The position numbers were made by a program, and so were the translations under genes. A DNA stretch of 64,000 nucleotides from an uncultured delta proteobacterium (GTDB taxonomy: Bacteria; Desulfobacterota; Syntrophia; Syntrophales; UBA5619): NCBI GenBank assembly GCA_963817385.1, contig CAWFOM010000002.1, forward strand, positions 77,322 to 141,321. The letters run 5' to 3'. The notes below the pieces were generated by a model. The model worked only from the letters and a program-made list of their open reading frames with translations, was not told where the DNA came from and ran no database searches. Positions 28,944 through 39,581 of this stretch are shown here, in pieces; within the stretch, counting starts at the first letter, position 1; every line of letters starts with the position of its first letter.

Positions 28944-30323
28944 GTGCCGGAGGATACCAAAAAGAAGGAAAAGCAACCCAATATTGTAGACACGATATGG
29001 GATTTTTTTACTTCACTGAAGTTGGTTATTATTCTATTACTCGTTCTCTCTGTGCTGTCCGTGGCCGGCACCGTCATTGAACAGAACAAGCCTCTCCAGG
29101 AATATTACCGCTTCTTCAAACCGGAAACCGTCGCACTCTTCAGCAAACTGGGCTTGCTGGATATGTATCACAGTTGGTGGTTCACATCCTGCCTTGCGCT
29201 GTTGGCTTTGAATATCATCGCCTGTACGATGGAGCGGTATCCCTTCATTATGCGGGGGATGAGAACGCAGAGTGTCGTCCTTGATGAAAAACTCGAAGCG
29301 GGTTTGACGAATCTTGTCACGATCAAATACACCCTGCCCGCGGAAACGGCGGAGGAGCGGATTAGGGCGATCGCAGAGAAAAACTTCCCCGCCCGCCCCG
29401 TGGTAACCGAGATGGCAGGTGCGAAACATTTTTTTTATGAAAAGGGGAGATACTCCCGGCTTGCCTTTTTCCTGACGCATCTGAGCGTCATCATCATTTT
29501 TCTCGGCGCCATAACGGGATCCCTCTTCGGATTCAAGGGATATGTGAACATCAATGAAGGGGAGGCCATCTCCTCCCTCGAGACCCGGAAGGGCGAAACC
29601 GAGAAGTTGAATTTCAGCGTGAAGTGCAATACCTTTGAGGTCGACTACTACCCGAACGGCGCCCCGAAAGATTACCGGAGCGATCTTTCCGTCGTCAAGG
29701 ACGGGAAAGAGATAACCAGAAAAACAATCCGGGTGAACGATCCCCTGAGCTACGAGGGGATAACCTTTTATCAGTCAAGTTTCGGGAGACTCCCCGACAC
29801 CGCTACGTTCGAGATCAGGGGGAAGGATGGCGCCTCCCTGGGCACGATAGCCGCTCCCTTTGGGAAGCAGGTGGATATTCCGGGCGGCGGTGTGAGGATC
29901 GAGGTTCTGGACTACCGAGAGCATTTTCATTTGCACGATGGTTCCGAAGCCGGCCCGGCATTCGGGGTCAATATCATCCGTCCCGGCTTACCGCCGGAGG
30001 GGATATGGATCTCCGAAACAAAGCGGGAAATGAATCGCTATGAGGGCTATGAGTTCGTGGTAAAAGGCACCAAATTGAAAAGCTTTACGGGATTGCAGGT
30101 CAACAAGGATCCCGGCGTCTGGCTGGTATGGACCGGCTCACTCATGCTGGTGGCAGGGATCATGATGGCCTTTTTCATGTCGCACAAAAAGTTCTGGATA
30201 CGGATCGGAAGAGACAAGAAAGGCCGGGTGGAAGTTACCGCCGGCGGTATGACAAACAAAAATAAACATGCCTTTGCCGGTGAAATACAGAAACTGGCTG
30301 ACGGTTTCAGGGAGGTTTCTTGA
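28944..30323 (+). CDS. resB: System II cytochrome c biogenesis protein ResB
   Basis: FFTSLKL, GTVIEQ, YHSWWF, THLS, VNDPL..GITFYQSSF, GLQV.KDPG; GTG after AAGGAGG. Confidence 0.94.
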   Translation: MPEDTKKKEKQPNIVDTIWDFFTSLKLVIILLLVLSVLSVAGTVIEQNKPLQEYYRFFKPETVALFSKLGLLDMYHSWWFTSCLALLALNIIACTMERYPFIMRGMRTQSVVLDEKLEAGLTNLVTIKYTLPAETAEERIRAIAEKNFPARPVVTEMAGAKHFFYEKGRYSRLAFFLTHLSVIIIFLGAITGSLFGFKGYVNINEGEAISSLETRKGETEKLNFSVKCNTFEVDYYPNGAPKDYRSDLSVVKDGKEITRKTIRVNDPLSYEGITFYQSSFGRLPDTATFEIRGKDGASLGTIAAPFGKQVDIPGGGVRIEVLDYREHFHLHDGSEAGPAFGVNIIRPGLPPEGIWISETKREMNRYEGYEFVVKGTKLKSFTGLQVNKDPGVWLVWTGSLMLVAGIMMAFFMSHKKFWIRIGRDKKGRVEVTAGGMTNKNKHAFAGEIQKLADGFREVS

Positions 30324-31171
30324 TGACAAGTTCGTTACTGTTCGGAATTTCCATATTCGTCTATTTTTTCTCCATGGTGCTGTATGTGTCTTATCTCGCG
30401 TTCAGGTCGGAAACCTTGGGAAAGGTCGCCACAGGCGTGCTTTGGACGGGGGTCGGTGTTGAAACGGCGGCCATATTACTGAGATGGTATGAATCATACC
30501 AGATGGGAATCGGCAGGGCGCCATTGACCAATCTTTACGAATCCCTCGTCTTTTTTGCCCTGACGGTCGCGATTATCTATCTGCTCATGGAGAAGAAATT
30601 CGGTATCAAAACGGCGGGAGCCTTTGTGACCCCCTTCCCGTTTATCATCATGGCCTATGCCTCACTGAACTCCAGCGAGATTCAACCCCTGGTTCCCGCT
30701 CTGCAGAGCAACTGGCTCATTTCCCATGTCGTCACGTGCTTTGTGGGATATGCGGCCTTTGCCGTATCATTCGGTGTCAGCTTTCTGTATCTCTTCAAAA
30801 TGAAGTCAGAAAGCGGCGCGTCAAAAAAAGGAGGTTCGTCCCTGGATTTCCTCCCGTCTGCGGATCTGCTGGACGAGGTCGGTTATAAAACCATTGCCAT
30901 CGGCTTCCCGCTGTTGACGATCGGCATCATCACCGGCGCGTTCTGGGCGAATGTGGCCTGGGGCACGTACTGGAGCTGGGATCCCAAGGAGACCTGGTCG
31001 CTCATCGTCTGGCTCATCTATGCCGCTTACCTCCATGCACGGATCACCAAGGGATGGAAAGGGAAGAAAGCGGCGCTGCTGTCGATCGTCGGTTTCACCG
31101 CTACGCTTTTCTGTTACCTCGGCGTCAACCTGATACTGTCCGGGCTTCATAGCTACGGCGGCATGCAATAG
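30320..31171 (+). CDS. resC: System II cytochrome c biogenesis protein ResC/CcsA
   Basis: APLTNLYESL, LVPALQSNWL.SHV, WGTYWSWDPKETW WWD domain, GLHSY. Confidence 0.96.
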   Translation: MMTSSLLFGISIFVYFFSMVLYVSYLAFRSETLGKVATGVLWTGVGVETAAILLRWYESYQMGIGRAPLTNLYESLVFFALTVAIIYLLMEKKFGIKTAGAFVTPFPFIIMAYASLNSSEIQPLVPALQSNWLISHVVTCFVGYAAFAVSFGVSFLYLFKMKSESGASKKGGSSLDFLPSADLLDEVGYKTIAIGFPLLTIGIITGAFWANVAWGTYWSWDPKETWSLIVWLIYAAYLHARITKGWKGKKAALLSIVGFTATLFCYLGVNLILSGLHSYGGMQ

Positions 31172-31204
31172 ATCGGAAAGGGATGCGCTTCGCTTTGCCT
31201 CCGC

Positions 31205-32260
31205 TCATCCCCTCTTTTCCTGTTCGTAGTTCAAGGCCCTGATCGGATAGGGGATTACGATGCCCTCACGGGCGAAACGCTCATGGATCCGCTTGATGAA
31301 CTCGTGCTTTACGGGGAATTGATCCACAAACGTCTTCGCCCTCAGGATCACCGAAAAGTTGATGCCGGACTCCCCGAAGGTATGATAGCGGATGGAAGGG
31401 ATGAAATCGGGAACGCCGCCCGGCGCTTCCCGCATCACCTCCGCCGCCACCTCGCAGGTTACCCGTTCGACCTTCGCCAGGTCGCTGGCATAATGGACGC
31501 CCATGCCGACGGTGAACGCCATGCCCGTCTCCTGCAAGGTATAATTGGTCACGATCATCTCCGTCAATTTCGCATTGGGTACCAGGATGAGATTGCCGGC
31601 CAGCGTCTGAATTACCGTCGTCCGCCAGCTGATGTCGTGCACGTGACCCTCCTCGCCGGAATCGAGCTTCATGTAATCTCCGACGCGGATCTGTTTTGTC
31701 GCTACGATATGAAAGCCCGCGAAGAAGTTCGAAAGGGTGTCTTTGAGCGCAAGAGCGACGGCCAGACCTCCCACACCGAGGGTCGCCAGGATCGGCGAGA
31801 TGGAGATCCCGAGGCCGTTGAGAACGATCAGGGCCCCCACCCCGTAGACGACGATCCGGATGATGTTCTCCGTGAGGCTCGTAACCGGCAGGACCGATTC
31901 GATCCTCTCGGCGCGAATCCGGGTGAAAGCGCACAGGATATTTGCCGTTACCATCGCCACCGCGATGATGGCAAGGATGGACAACCCCTTGTCCGCCTTT
32001 TCGACGAGGGATTTGGGCAAATTCGAGACCCCGAGGGCTGCCGTGAGTCCCAGCATGATGCACAGAACGATGAAGGGGGCCCTGACGGCGGAGAGGATCG
32101 CATCTCCCGTGCGGGTATCCGTTTTCCGCGCCCATCGTGACAGCCGGGAAAGGAGATAGCTCCTCAGGAGATACCCGGCCGCCAGGATGATCAAGAATGT
32201 CCCGAGGGGAAGAAGTATCTCCAGGGATTTTTCAAACTGTTCGTTGAGCATCGATTTCAT
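31205..32260 (-). CDS. mscS: Small-conductance mechanosensitive channel family protein
   Basis: LGVGGLAVALALKDTLSNFFAG, GDY, VPNAKL, GI.IPYP. Confidence 0.92.
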   Translation of the reverse strand: MKSMLNEQFEKSLEILLPLGTFLIILAAGYLLRSYLLSRLSRWARKTDTRTGDAILSAVRAPFIVLCIMLGLTAALGVSNLPKSLVEKADKGLSILAIIAVAMVTANILCAFTRIRAERIESVLPVTSLTENIIRIVVYGVGALIVLNGLGISISPILATLGVGGLAVALALKDTLSNFFAGFHIVATKQIRVGDYMKLDSGEEGHVHDISWRTTVIQTLAGNLILVPNAKLTEMIVTNYTLQETGMAFTVGMGVHYASDLAKVERVTCEVAAEVMREAPGGVPDFIPSIRYHTFGESGINFSVILRAKTFVDQFPVKHEFIKRIHERFAREGIVIPYPIRALNYEQEKRG

Positions 32261-32288
32261 TCGCCCCTCCCTACTCCTTTTATAAAAA

Positions 32289-33260
32289 TTACGCGACGGA
32301 ACGTCCGGCCAGCCACGCCCCCGCAGCGATCAGGACAGCCCCGGGCAGCAGTCCCGGCCCCATCGCCTCCCGGAAGAGAAGCCCGATCAGGATGGTCGAA
32401 CCGACGGGGGTGAAATAGGCAAGCGTGCTGATCAGCGGCACGTTCCCGCGCTTAACGCCGATCTCCCACCAGTGGTAGGCGAGCCCCACCGGACCGATTC
32501 CGCCGAAAAGAACCCAGAAGAGCGCCTCCGTCGTGACAGGCGGGAAGGCCTGCCACTCCCCCCGGAAGGCAGCGAGGGCGGCGGCCATTGCCGCGCAGAC
32601 GGTGAAGTGAAACGCCGTTCCTCCCTGCTCCTCCGGAATTCGCCAAAGTCTGAGGAGGACGCTGTAACAGGCCCAGAGGAGCCCCCCCAGAAGCGCCAGA
32701 GCAAGGGGGAGCGGATCTTCCGGCAGACTCAGCAGCGCCGACGGACCGCGCGCGACAACGATTCCCGAAAAGCCGAGAAGGACGCCTGCCGCAGTGAGGC
32801 GCGGCCGCGTTTTCTCATCGATCAGGATGGCGGAAAAAAGGACGATCCAGACCGGCCAGAGGTAGTTGAGGAGATTCACCTGGCCGATTGCCTTCGCCGG
32901 CGCAATACCGAAGGCAAAGGCCAGGATGATGGTGTAGAAGGCAACCCCCCAGAAGCCCGCAACGACAACCCGGAGGGGAAGATGAAACAGGTCGCCCAGG
33001 GGGCGTCGCCGGAGGCGTTGCAGGAGGGCCACGGTCGCGACGCCGGTCGCCGTCATCAGCGCCAGATAGGCCATCGGCCCCAGGAGCTGCGCACCCCGGG
33101 CAAAACAGGCGCCGCTTGCGCACCACAGAAGGATCGATCCGACGGCAGCCATGGTCGCCCTTCTCCTTTCGCCCTCTTCCAATCGGACAGACAATGCTCT
33201 TCTCCTTTTCTTCCCGCCCCGCACGGGGATGCGCCGAACTTCCCCGGTAATCTCTTTCAT
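32289..33260 (-). CDS. EamA/DMT family exporter (YddG-like)
   Basis: ~10 TM, NLLNYLWP, WACYSVL, LAYFTPV; true start may be further downstream. Confidence 0.85.
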   Translation of the reverse strand: MKEITGEVRRIPVRGGKKRRRALSVRLEEGERRRATMAAVGSILLWCASGACFARGAQLLGPMAYLALMTATGVATVALLQRLRRRPLGDLFHLPLRVVVAGFWGVAFYTIILAFAFGIAPAKAIGQVNLLNYLWPVWIVLFSAILIDEKTRPRLTAAGVLLGFSGIVVARGPSALLSLPEDPLPLALALLGGLLWACYSVLLRLWRIPEEQGGTAFHFTVCAAMAAALAAFRGEWQAFPPVTTEALFWVLFGGIGPVGLAYHWWEIGVKRGNVPLISTLAYFTPVGSTILIGLLFREAMGPGLLPGAVLIAAGAWLAGRSVA

Positions 33261-33316
33261 TTGTCAGGATTCGTCAAGTCCAAACCTCTCCCGGCGCCGC
33301 TCTCCTCCGGGCAACT

Positions 33317-33351
33317 GTGCATGGAATCCCAGTGCATGGAATCCCAGTTGC
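33317..33351 (+). promoter_or_regulatory. 15-bp direct repeat whose second copy forms a sigma54 promoter
   Basis: GTGCATGGAATCCCA x2; TGGAATCCCAGTTGC (33337-33351) has GG-N10-GC spacing, ~55 nt before ATG 33405. Confidence 0.55.
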
Positions 33352-33404
33352 CTGTTTCCTGCAGGAATGGTAAGGTAGCTTCCGAATCGAAGGAGACAGC
33401 AATC

Positions 33405-33944
33405 ATGCCTACGCAGGCAATCGCAATGATCATAAGGGTGTTTTCTGCACTCCTTTTTATGGGATTGTTCTCGGCCGCCCTTCCCGCAACTCCCTGCCGG
33501 GGATCGGAAAGCGCCGCTGACCCCACGATTACCCTGGACGTGCAAAATGAGCCGTTACGAAGCGTACTGGAAAAAATTTCCAAAACAACCAAGTGGAAGA
33601 TCATCGTCCCCGACAAATGGATGGACAAGCCGATAACGCAAACACTCGATAAGGTTCCCCTGGAAGAGGGGCTGCGGTTCATTTTGAAGGATGCGGGCAT
33701 CGAGAACCTGCTACTGACCTATGATGAAAACAGAAAGACGGCTGCTGTTTATGATACGGAAATCCAGACGGGGCAATCCGCAAACCGTCCGCCGGCGCAA
33801 GGTGATGTGCACCGGCCGGTCTATCCTGCAAGCGGCCAACCCGATCCCATACTGACCCGCCCCGCGACAGACCAGGAGTCCGGCCCATCGCGGAGGATTC
33901 CCCGGTCGAGAGGCAGGCGACACACCAACACTAACGAAGAGTGA
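33405..33944 (+). CDS. Exported protein with a secretin/TonB short N-terminal (STN)-like domain
   Basis: RBS AAGGAG; signal peptide; ITLDVQNEPLRSVLEKISK..VPLEEGLRFILK; Pro/Arg-rich disordered tail. Confidence 0.65.
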   Translation: MPTQAIAMIIRVFSALLFMGLFSAALPATPCRGSESAADPTITLDVQNEPLRSVLEKISKTTKWKIIVPDKWMDKPITQTLDKVPLEEGLRFILKDAGIENLLLTYDENRKTAAVYDTEIQTGQSANRPPAQGDVHRPVYPASGQPDPILTRPATDQESGPSRRIPRSRGRRHTNTNEE

Positions 33945-33994
33945 GAAACAGCTACCGACGGACTTAACGACCTGTTTTCGGAAAAGGTTCCCCC

Positions 33995-36304
33995 ATGTCT
34001 GACCTCTTACCAGGGAAAAAGGTCTCCGCCGGGACTCGCCCCGCCCATCCGGTAATGATGGACGGATCGCACCGTCCCTTCGCGCATAGACGCCGCCCGC
34101 AGAGCGGGGCGATAGTCCTGGCGGCTCTTCTGATCTCACTCGCTTTTCCGGTCTTCTCCGGGACGGCGGCGGAGATCTCCCCCCGCCCCCGGATCGGCCT
34201 CGTCCTGAGCGGCGGAGGGGCACGCGGAGCGGCTCACATCGGCATCCTGAAAATTCTTGAAGAGCTCCGGATTCCCGTGGACGTCGTCGCCGGCACCAGT
34301 ATGGGGGCGATCGTCGGGGGGTTCTACGCCTCGGGCATTTCGCCCGCCGAATTGGAGGCCATGGTCACGAGTATCGAGTGGAACGAGGCATTCCGGGACC
34401 GGCCGCCGCTGGAGGAGATCTCCTTCCGCCGGAAAGAGGACAGCGCTAACCATCTCATCAAGTTCGACGCCGGCGTCCGGGATGGCCAGCTCACCCTGCC
34501 GCTCGGCCTGATCCAGGGGCAGAATCTCAATTTTATTCTGAAATCGCGTTTGATCCACGCCGCCCTGCTGAACGATTTTGACCGGCTGCAGATCCCCTTT
34601 CGGGCGGTCGCCACCGACATCGAAACGGGGGAAGCGGTCGTCCTGGACAAAGGCGATCTGGCGACGGCGATGCGGGCCAGCATGTCGATCCCGGGCGTCT
34701 TCGCTCCGGTCGAGATGAACGGTCGGCTCCTCGTCGATGGCGGCATCGCCGACAACCTTCCCGTCGATGTGGCCAAACGGCTGGGGGCGGAAATCCTGAT
34801 CGTCGTCAATATCGGCACCCTGAGACGACCCCGGGAGAAACTCACCTCCGCCATGATGATCACGACCCAGGTGATGACCATTCTCATCCAGAAAAACACA
34901 GACGAACAGATTGCCACCCTCCGCGATCAGGACATCCTCCTCCAGCCCCCCCTCGGCGACATCGGCTCCAGCGATTTCGTCAGGGCGTCGGAAGCGATCC
35001 TGATCGGGGAGAAGGAAGCCCGCCGCATGATCACCCGTCTCGCCGGCCTTTCGCTTCCACCCGCAACATACCAACGCTGGCTCGCCTCGCAGCGGCGCCA
35101 GCCATATGCCCCACCCGTCATCACGGATATTGCCGTCAGCAATACCTCCCCGATCGCGGATGGCGTAGTCCGGGCGCAGATACAGACAAAATCGGGAGAG
35201 CCGCTGAATCTGGAAACGTTGGAAGGAGACCTCAAGCGGATTTACAGCATCGACACCTTCGAGAAGGCCGATTTTCGGCTCTCGGAACGGGAAGGGAAAA
35301 CCGGCCTCGTCATCGAGACAAAAGAAAAAACATGGGGTCCTTCCTATCTCCGGTTCGGCCTCGCCCTGGAGGACGACTTCCGGGGCTCCGCCACCTACAA
35401 CATCTCGGCAAACCTGACCACCACGGCAATCAATCGCCTCGGTGCGGAATGGGAGAATCACCTCCAGATCGGTGATACGCCCCGTTATTATTCGGAGTTC
35501 TACCAGCCGATCGACGAGGCGCTCCGTTACTTCATCGCACCGCAGATCGAATACAGAGCATGGAACATCAACAATTTCTCCGATGGGACCCTGCTCGCCC
35601 AGTATCGCGCCTCCGCGTACGAGGTCGGCCTCGATGTCGGCCGGCAATTCGAAAACTGGGGGCAGTTCCGGCTTGGCATCCGGCGCGGTCGCGGCACCGT
35701 CGGGGTGCGCGTCGGTTCTCCGCTGCCGGAGAGCACATTCAACAGTGGCGGGGTCTTTACCTCGTTTTCCTACAACCGACTCGACAACTTCAACTTTCCC
35801 CGCCGCGGGACGGCCGTAGACGTGGCCTGGATGATGCATCGAACGGACCTGGGATCCGATTTTTCGGGTAACGGCCTGACGGTAAACTGGTTGACGGCGA
35901 AGAGCTGGAGCCGGCACACGCTTCTGACGGCGCTCACCATCCAGAGCGCCCTGGACGGCGACAATCCCCTCCAGGACAGCTACCCCCTCGGCGGATTTCT
36001 CAACCTCTCCGGGTACGCACCGGATGAACTCTACGGGCAGCATACGGGCATCGTCCGGCTGATCTACTTCTATCAGCTCGGCAGCAGCGGCCTCGGGGAA
36101 TTCCGGATGCCCCTTTATGCCGGAGGCTCGCTGGAGGCGGGCAACGCCTGGGCAACCCGGAGCGACATCTCCGGCAGTTCGCTGCAGGCTGCAGGCTCCT
36201 TTTTCGTCGGTGCGGAGACCTATCTCGGACCGGTCTACCTCGCCTACGGCCAGGCGGAGGGTGGACACCACTCCGTCTATCTTTACGTAGGACACAAGTT
36301 CTGA
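33995..36304 (+). CDS. Patatin-POTRA-Omp85 barrel protein (PlpD-like, type Vd secretion)
   Basis: LSGGGARG, GTSMG and DGG patatin motifs, POTRA, barrel ending LGPVYLAYG...VGHKF; start uncertain. Confidence 0.92.
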   Translation: MSDLLPGKKVSAGTRPAHPVMMDGSHRPFAHRRRPQSGAIVLAALLISLAFPVFSGTAAEISPRPRIGLVLSGGGARGAAHIGILKILEELRIPVDVVAGTSMGAIVGGFYASGISPAELEAMVTSIEWNEAFRDRPPLEEISFRRKEDSANHLIKFDAGVRDGQLTLPLGLIQGQNLNFILKSRLIHAALLNDFDRLQIPFRAVATDIETGEAVVLDKGDLATAMRASMSIPGVFAPVEMNGRLLVDGGIADNLPVDVAKRLGAEILIVVNIGTLRRPREKLTSAMMITTQVMTILIQKNTDEQIATLRDQDILLQPPLGDIGSSDFVRASEAILIGEKEARRMITRLAGLSLPPATYQRWLASQRRQPYAPPVITDIAVSNTSPIADGVVRAQIQTKSGEPLNLETLEGDLKRIYSIDTFEKADFRLSEREGKTGLVIETKEKTWGPSYLRFGLALEDDFRGSATYNISANLTTTAINRLGAEWENHLQIGDTPRYYSEFYQPIDEALRYFIAPQIEYRAWNINNFSDGTLLAQYRASAYEVGLDVGRQFENWGQFRLGIRRGRGTVGVRVGSPLPESTFNSGGVFTSFSYNRLDNFNFPRRGTAVDVAWMMHRTDLGSDFSGNGLTVNWLTAKSWSRHTLLTALTIQSALDGDNPLQDSYPLGGFLNLSGYAPDELYGQHTGIVRLIYFYQLGSSGLGEFRMPLYAGGSLEAGNAWATRSDISGSSLQAAGSFFVGAETYLGPVYLAYGQAEGGHHSVYLYVGHKF

Positions 36305-36383
36305 AGGGCGCAACGCTGCAATACGCCGGAATAACGGTATCGCCGACAAAGGGAATGCATTCCCCTTGTCGGCGGGAGCAGAT

Positions 36384-37358
36384 TTACGTCGACCGGATCT
36401 CCTGGCGCATGAAGACCGCGTAGCAGATCCCGAAACAGACAAAGGTGATCGCGATGAGCGATATCAGGAAGGGCGCGACGATCACGACGCTCTGGAGGAG
36501 GGGAAGCGGATTCTGGAAGCGGGAGAGCGACAGCCGCTCCATCGGCCCCATCAGCATGAAGGAGCGGGGCGTCTTCCGGAGCGGGTCGAGGATCGTGGAG
36601 GTCGCGTCCCCATAGAGCGTCATCGGTGAGAGGAGCGAGGCGACCCGCTGGATCTCATCGTTTTTCAGGAAGGCGTTCGTCGCCTCCGCCACGTCGGCCG
36701 TCTGGTTCATCGGGGCGATTGCATCCGCGAGGAAGCTTCCGCCGAGCCCGATGAAAAAGGAGAGGCAGATCCAGGCGGCGAGCGACGCCAGGGCCGAGGT
36801 GGCCGTGCTCCTGAACACCACCGAGAAGAGGATCGCCATCCCCAGCCAGAAGGATATGTACACGATGCTCAGGACGAGGTAGATGGCCAACCGCCACACC
36901 TCATCCGCGCCGGGAACCACGCCGATCAGACGGATGCCGAGACCTGCGATGATCAGGACGAGCGACACCATGACGATCGTGATCATCGTCACGCCGGCCA
37001 GGAACTTCGCGTTGATGATCGCATCCCGGTAGATCGGTTGGGAGACCAGCTTGCTCAGGGTCCGGCCCGTCCGCTCCCGGTTCACCGCGTCGAAACCGAG
37101 GATGATCCCGATAAGCGGTCCCAGCAGGCCGATGAACTGCGTGAATGAGAACAGCTTCCCCGTCGAGGTGAACAGAAGCAGAAAGATGAAATTGGGCTTG
37201 GCCACCCCCCTGAGCTCCTCCTGCATGGACATGCCGACCATCGACGCGATGATGACCCCGATCATGACGATCAGGGCTGCGATGAGGAGGAACCGGATGC
37301 TGCTGAAGTGGTCCTCCATCTCCTTCCGGTATATGGTGAAGATCCCGTGCACCGTCAT
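36384..37358 (-). CDS. ABC-2 type transporter permease
   Basis: LGFDAVNRER..TLSKLVSQPIYRD..INAKF motif. Confidence 0.9.
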   Translation of the reverse strand: MTVHGIFTIYRKEMEDHFSSIRFLLIAALIVMIGVIIASMVGMSMQEELRGVAKPNFIFLLLFTSTGKLFSFTQFIGLLGPLIGIILGFDAVNRERTGRTLSKLVSQPIYRDAIINAKFLAGVTMITIVMVSLVLIIAGLGIRLIGVVPGADEVWRLAIYLVLSIVYISFWLGMAILFSVVFRSTATSALASLAAWICLSFFIGLGGSFLADAIAPMNQTADVAEATNAFLKNDEIQRVASLLSPMTLYGDATSTILDPLRKTPRSFMLMGPMERLSLSRFQNPLPLLQSVVIVAPFLISLIAITFVCFGICYAVFMRQEIRST

Positions 37359-38110
37359 CCCTCCTTGAAATATTTCATATAGATCTCTTCGAGGGTGTAG
37401 GTCTCCCCCTCTTCCAGCCCCAACCCCTGCTTCGCAAGCTCCGCGAGGGGTCCGGCGGCAACGAGTTTCCCCCGGATCATGATCCCGATCCGGTCGCTGA
37501 TCCGCTGGACCTGATCGAGGAGGTGGGAGGAGAAGAAGATCGTCATCTGCCGCTCCCGGCTCATGGCCTGGATCAGGTCGAGCATCCGGTTCGTCCCGTC
37601 GGGATCGAGACCGATCGTCGGCTCGTCGAGGAAGATCACCTTGGGCTCCTTGACCAGGACCTCGGCGATCCCGAGACGCTGCCTCATCCCTTTGGAATAG
37701 GAGCCCACCTTCTTCTCCGCCTCCTTGGCCAGGTCGACCTCGTCGAGGAGCGTATCGATCCGCGCCTCGGAGACCCGGTCGGGAATCCGGTTCAGACGGG
37801 CGATGTACCGGAGGTTCTGCCGCGCATCCATATCCTCATAGAAGCCGACATTCTCCGGCAGGTAGCCGATGATCTCCTTGACCTTCAGGGGGTCGCGGGC
37901 CGGGTCGAAGCCGCAGACCCGGACCGTCCCGGATGTCGGCTCGGTGAGCCCCAGGAGCATCAGCATCGTCGTCGTTTTACCTGCGCCGTTCGGCCCCAGG
38001 AAGCCGAAGATCTCCCCTGCCGCCACATCGAGGCTCAGGCGGTCTACCGCCGTCTGCGCCCCGTAGCGCTTGGTCAGCTCTTCCATCCGGATAACAATCT
38101 CTCGTTCCAC
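37355..38110 (-). CDS. ABC transporter ATP-binding protein
   Basis: GPNGAGKT, YSKGMRQRL, FLDEP. Confidence 0.95.
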   Translation of the reverse strand: MEREIVIRMEELTKRYGAQTAVDRLSLDVAAGEIFGFLGPNGAGKTTTMLMLLGLTEPTSGTVRVCGFDPARDPLKVKEIIGYLPENVGFYEDMDARQNLRYIARLNRIPDRVSEARIDTLLDEVDLAKEAEKKVGSYSKGMRQRLGIAEVLVKEPKVIFLDEPTIGLDPDGTNRMLDLIQAMSRERQMTIFFSSHLLDQVQRISDRIGIMIRGKLVAAGPLAELAKQGLGLEEGETYTLEEIYMKYFKEG

Positions 38111-38111
38111 C

Positions 38112-39327
38112 TCACCGTCTCCCCATCTTCACGAAAAGGACGCTCAGCCCCGCGATCACCAGGAGGATGATCCCGATCCCGATCCACCCCCAGGCCGAAG
38201 AGGCCTTTACCGTAACCCTCATCTCCACCGTCTTGTCCGACTTTTCTCCGGTCGTCATGATCCCCACGGAGTAGTCCCCGACAAGGGACTGGCGGCCGGG
38301 CGTGATCGTCACCTCGATCTGCTTCATCTCGCCGGGCGCGAGGGCATCGATCTTCTCGGGCTTGAACGTCGTCTCCCAGTTCTCCGGCTTGAAGGAGGAG
38401 AAGGTGATGTTCCGGTTCACGGCGGAGCCGTTGTTTCTCACAAAGAGGGAGAAGGTGACGGGCTTCCCGCCGAACGCCTCCAGGGAGAGGATCCCGTTCG
38501 GCGTGCCGGCGTCCAGACGGTATGTCCCGGTGAGGTTCACCGTGAGTTTCACCTCGGCTTTGCTCTCGCCGGAGCTGATCCGGACGAGGATCGGGTATTC
38601 ACCGGAGGCGGCGTTTTGCATGGGGGTGACCTCCACGGCCACGGTCTGGCTCTGCCCCTCCTTCACCCGGATGCTGGAGATCTGCTTCTGCTCGTAGGCC
38701 GGCTTGAAATTGATCTCCCATTTCTCCGGGCCGGTCGCGGCGAGATTGAAGGTGCGCTCCAGGTCACCCTTGTTCATCACTTCGAGCGAAAATTCGAACT
38801 TGGAGTCGGTCTGGCCGCGCAGGACCGGGTAGGCGGCGTTGATCTGGATGTTGTCGGCGCCGACCGTCCGCTCCTGGACGTTCACGGTCAGGGTATGGTT
38901 GGAGGTCAGCTTGCCGTCGGCGGTCTTCGCCTCGAACTGGAAGACGTATTGCCCCGGACCTACTCCCTTGGCAGGCTCCAACATCAGCGCGAGGGTTCTT
39001 GGCCTTGCCGTTGGGAACGTACATGCCGGTAACCTGGTAACGGGCGCCCTTCAGCGTCGCCTTCCAATCTTTGGCAACTGAGGTGATCCGGACATCGATG
39101 TTCTCATCGGCTCGCCCCTTGTTCTCCAGAATCAGGTCCATCTGGACGGTCTCCCCCCGGGGGACCACAACGCCTGAATAATCGGTGTAAAGTGCGATAC
39201 CCCGCTCCGGCCGGGTATCTTTCTTATCCGCCTCCTGTGCCGTGATCAGCGCCGGCGCGACCCCCAGCAGGATGATCAAAATACCTGCACCAACTAATGA
39301 TTTTCGTATACGATTCACGCGACCCAT
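38112..39327 (-). CDS. NEW3-domain (Ig-like) membrane-anchored ABC accessory protein, +1 frameshift near 38995
   Basis: Signal peptide, three Ig-like repeats (N.G, W, G.Y), C-terminal TM then MGRR; ORFs 38764..39327 and 38112..38984 join to 404 aa. Confidence 0.82.
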
Positions 39328-39473
39328 GGTGACCTCCTCAATATTCTCTCAGACTTACTGTCGTTACGACCGGACCGGATGGTAAAGTGCGCATAACATA
39401 ATGGCAGAGCCGCCTTCTGTCAAGGAGAAGTATCGCCGGAAAAGAAGGGGCGTCAAAATCCCCTTCCTCTATG

Positions 39474-39518
39474 ACAAAACGCCCTGCCGGTTTTTACAAA
39501 ACCGGCAGGGCGTTTTGT
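39474..39518. terminator. Long (21-bp stem) terminator-like hairpin
   Basis: ACAAAACGCCCTGCCGGTTTT-TAC-AAAACCGGCAGGGCGTTTTGT downstream of the SDR. Confidence 0.75.
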
Positions 39519-39581
39519 TTTTCAGATTGACGGCCCGGTGAGCGACGAGTGACAGCTCTTCCGGCCCGGACGGTCGGACGC

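Noticed and set aside
9943..31204. Island as a defined mobile element
   Set aside because: No integrase, transposase, tRNA target or flanking direct repeats seen; horizontal origin remains an inference
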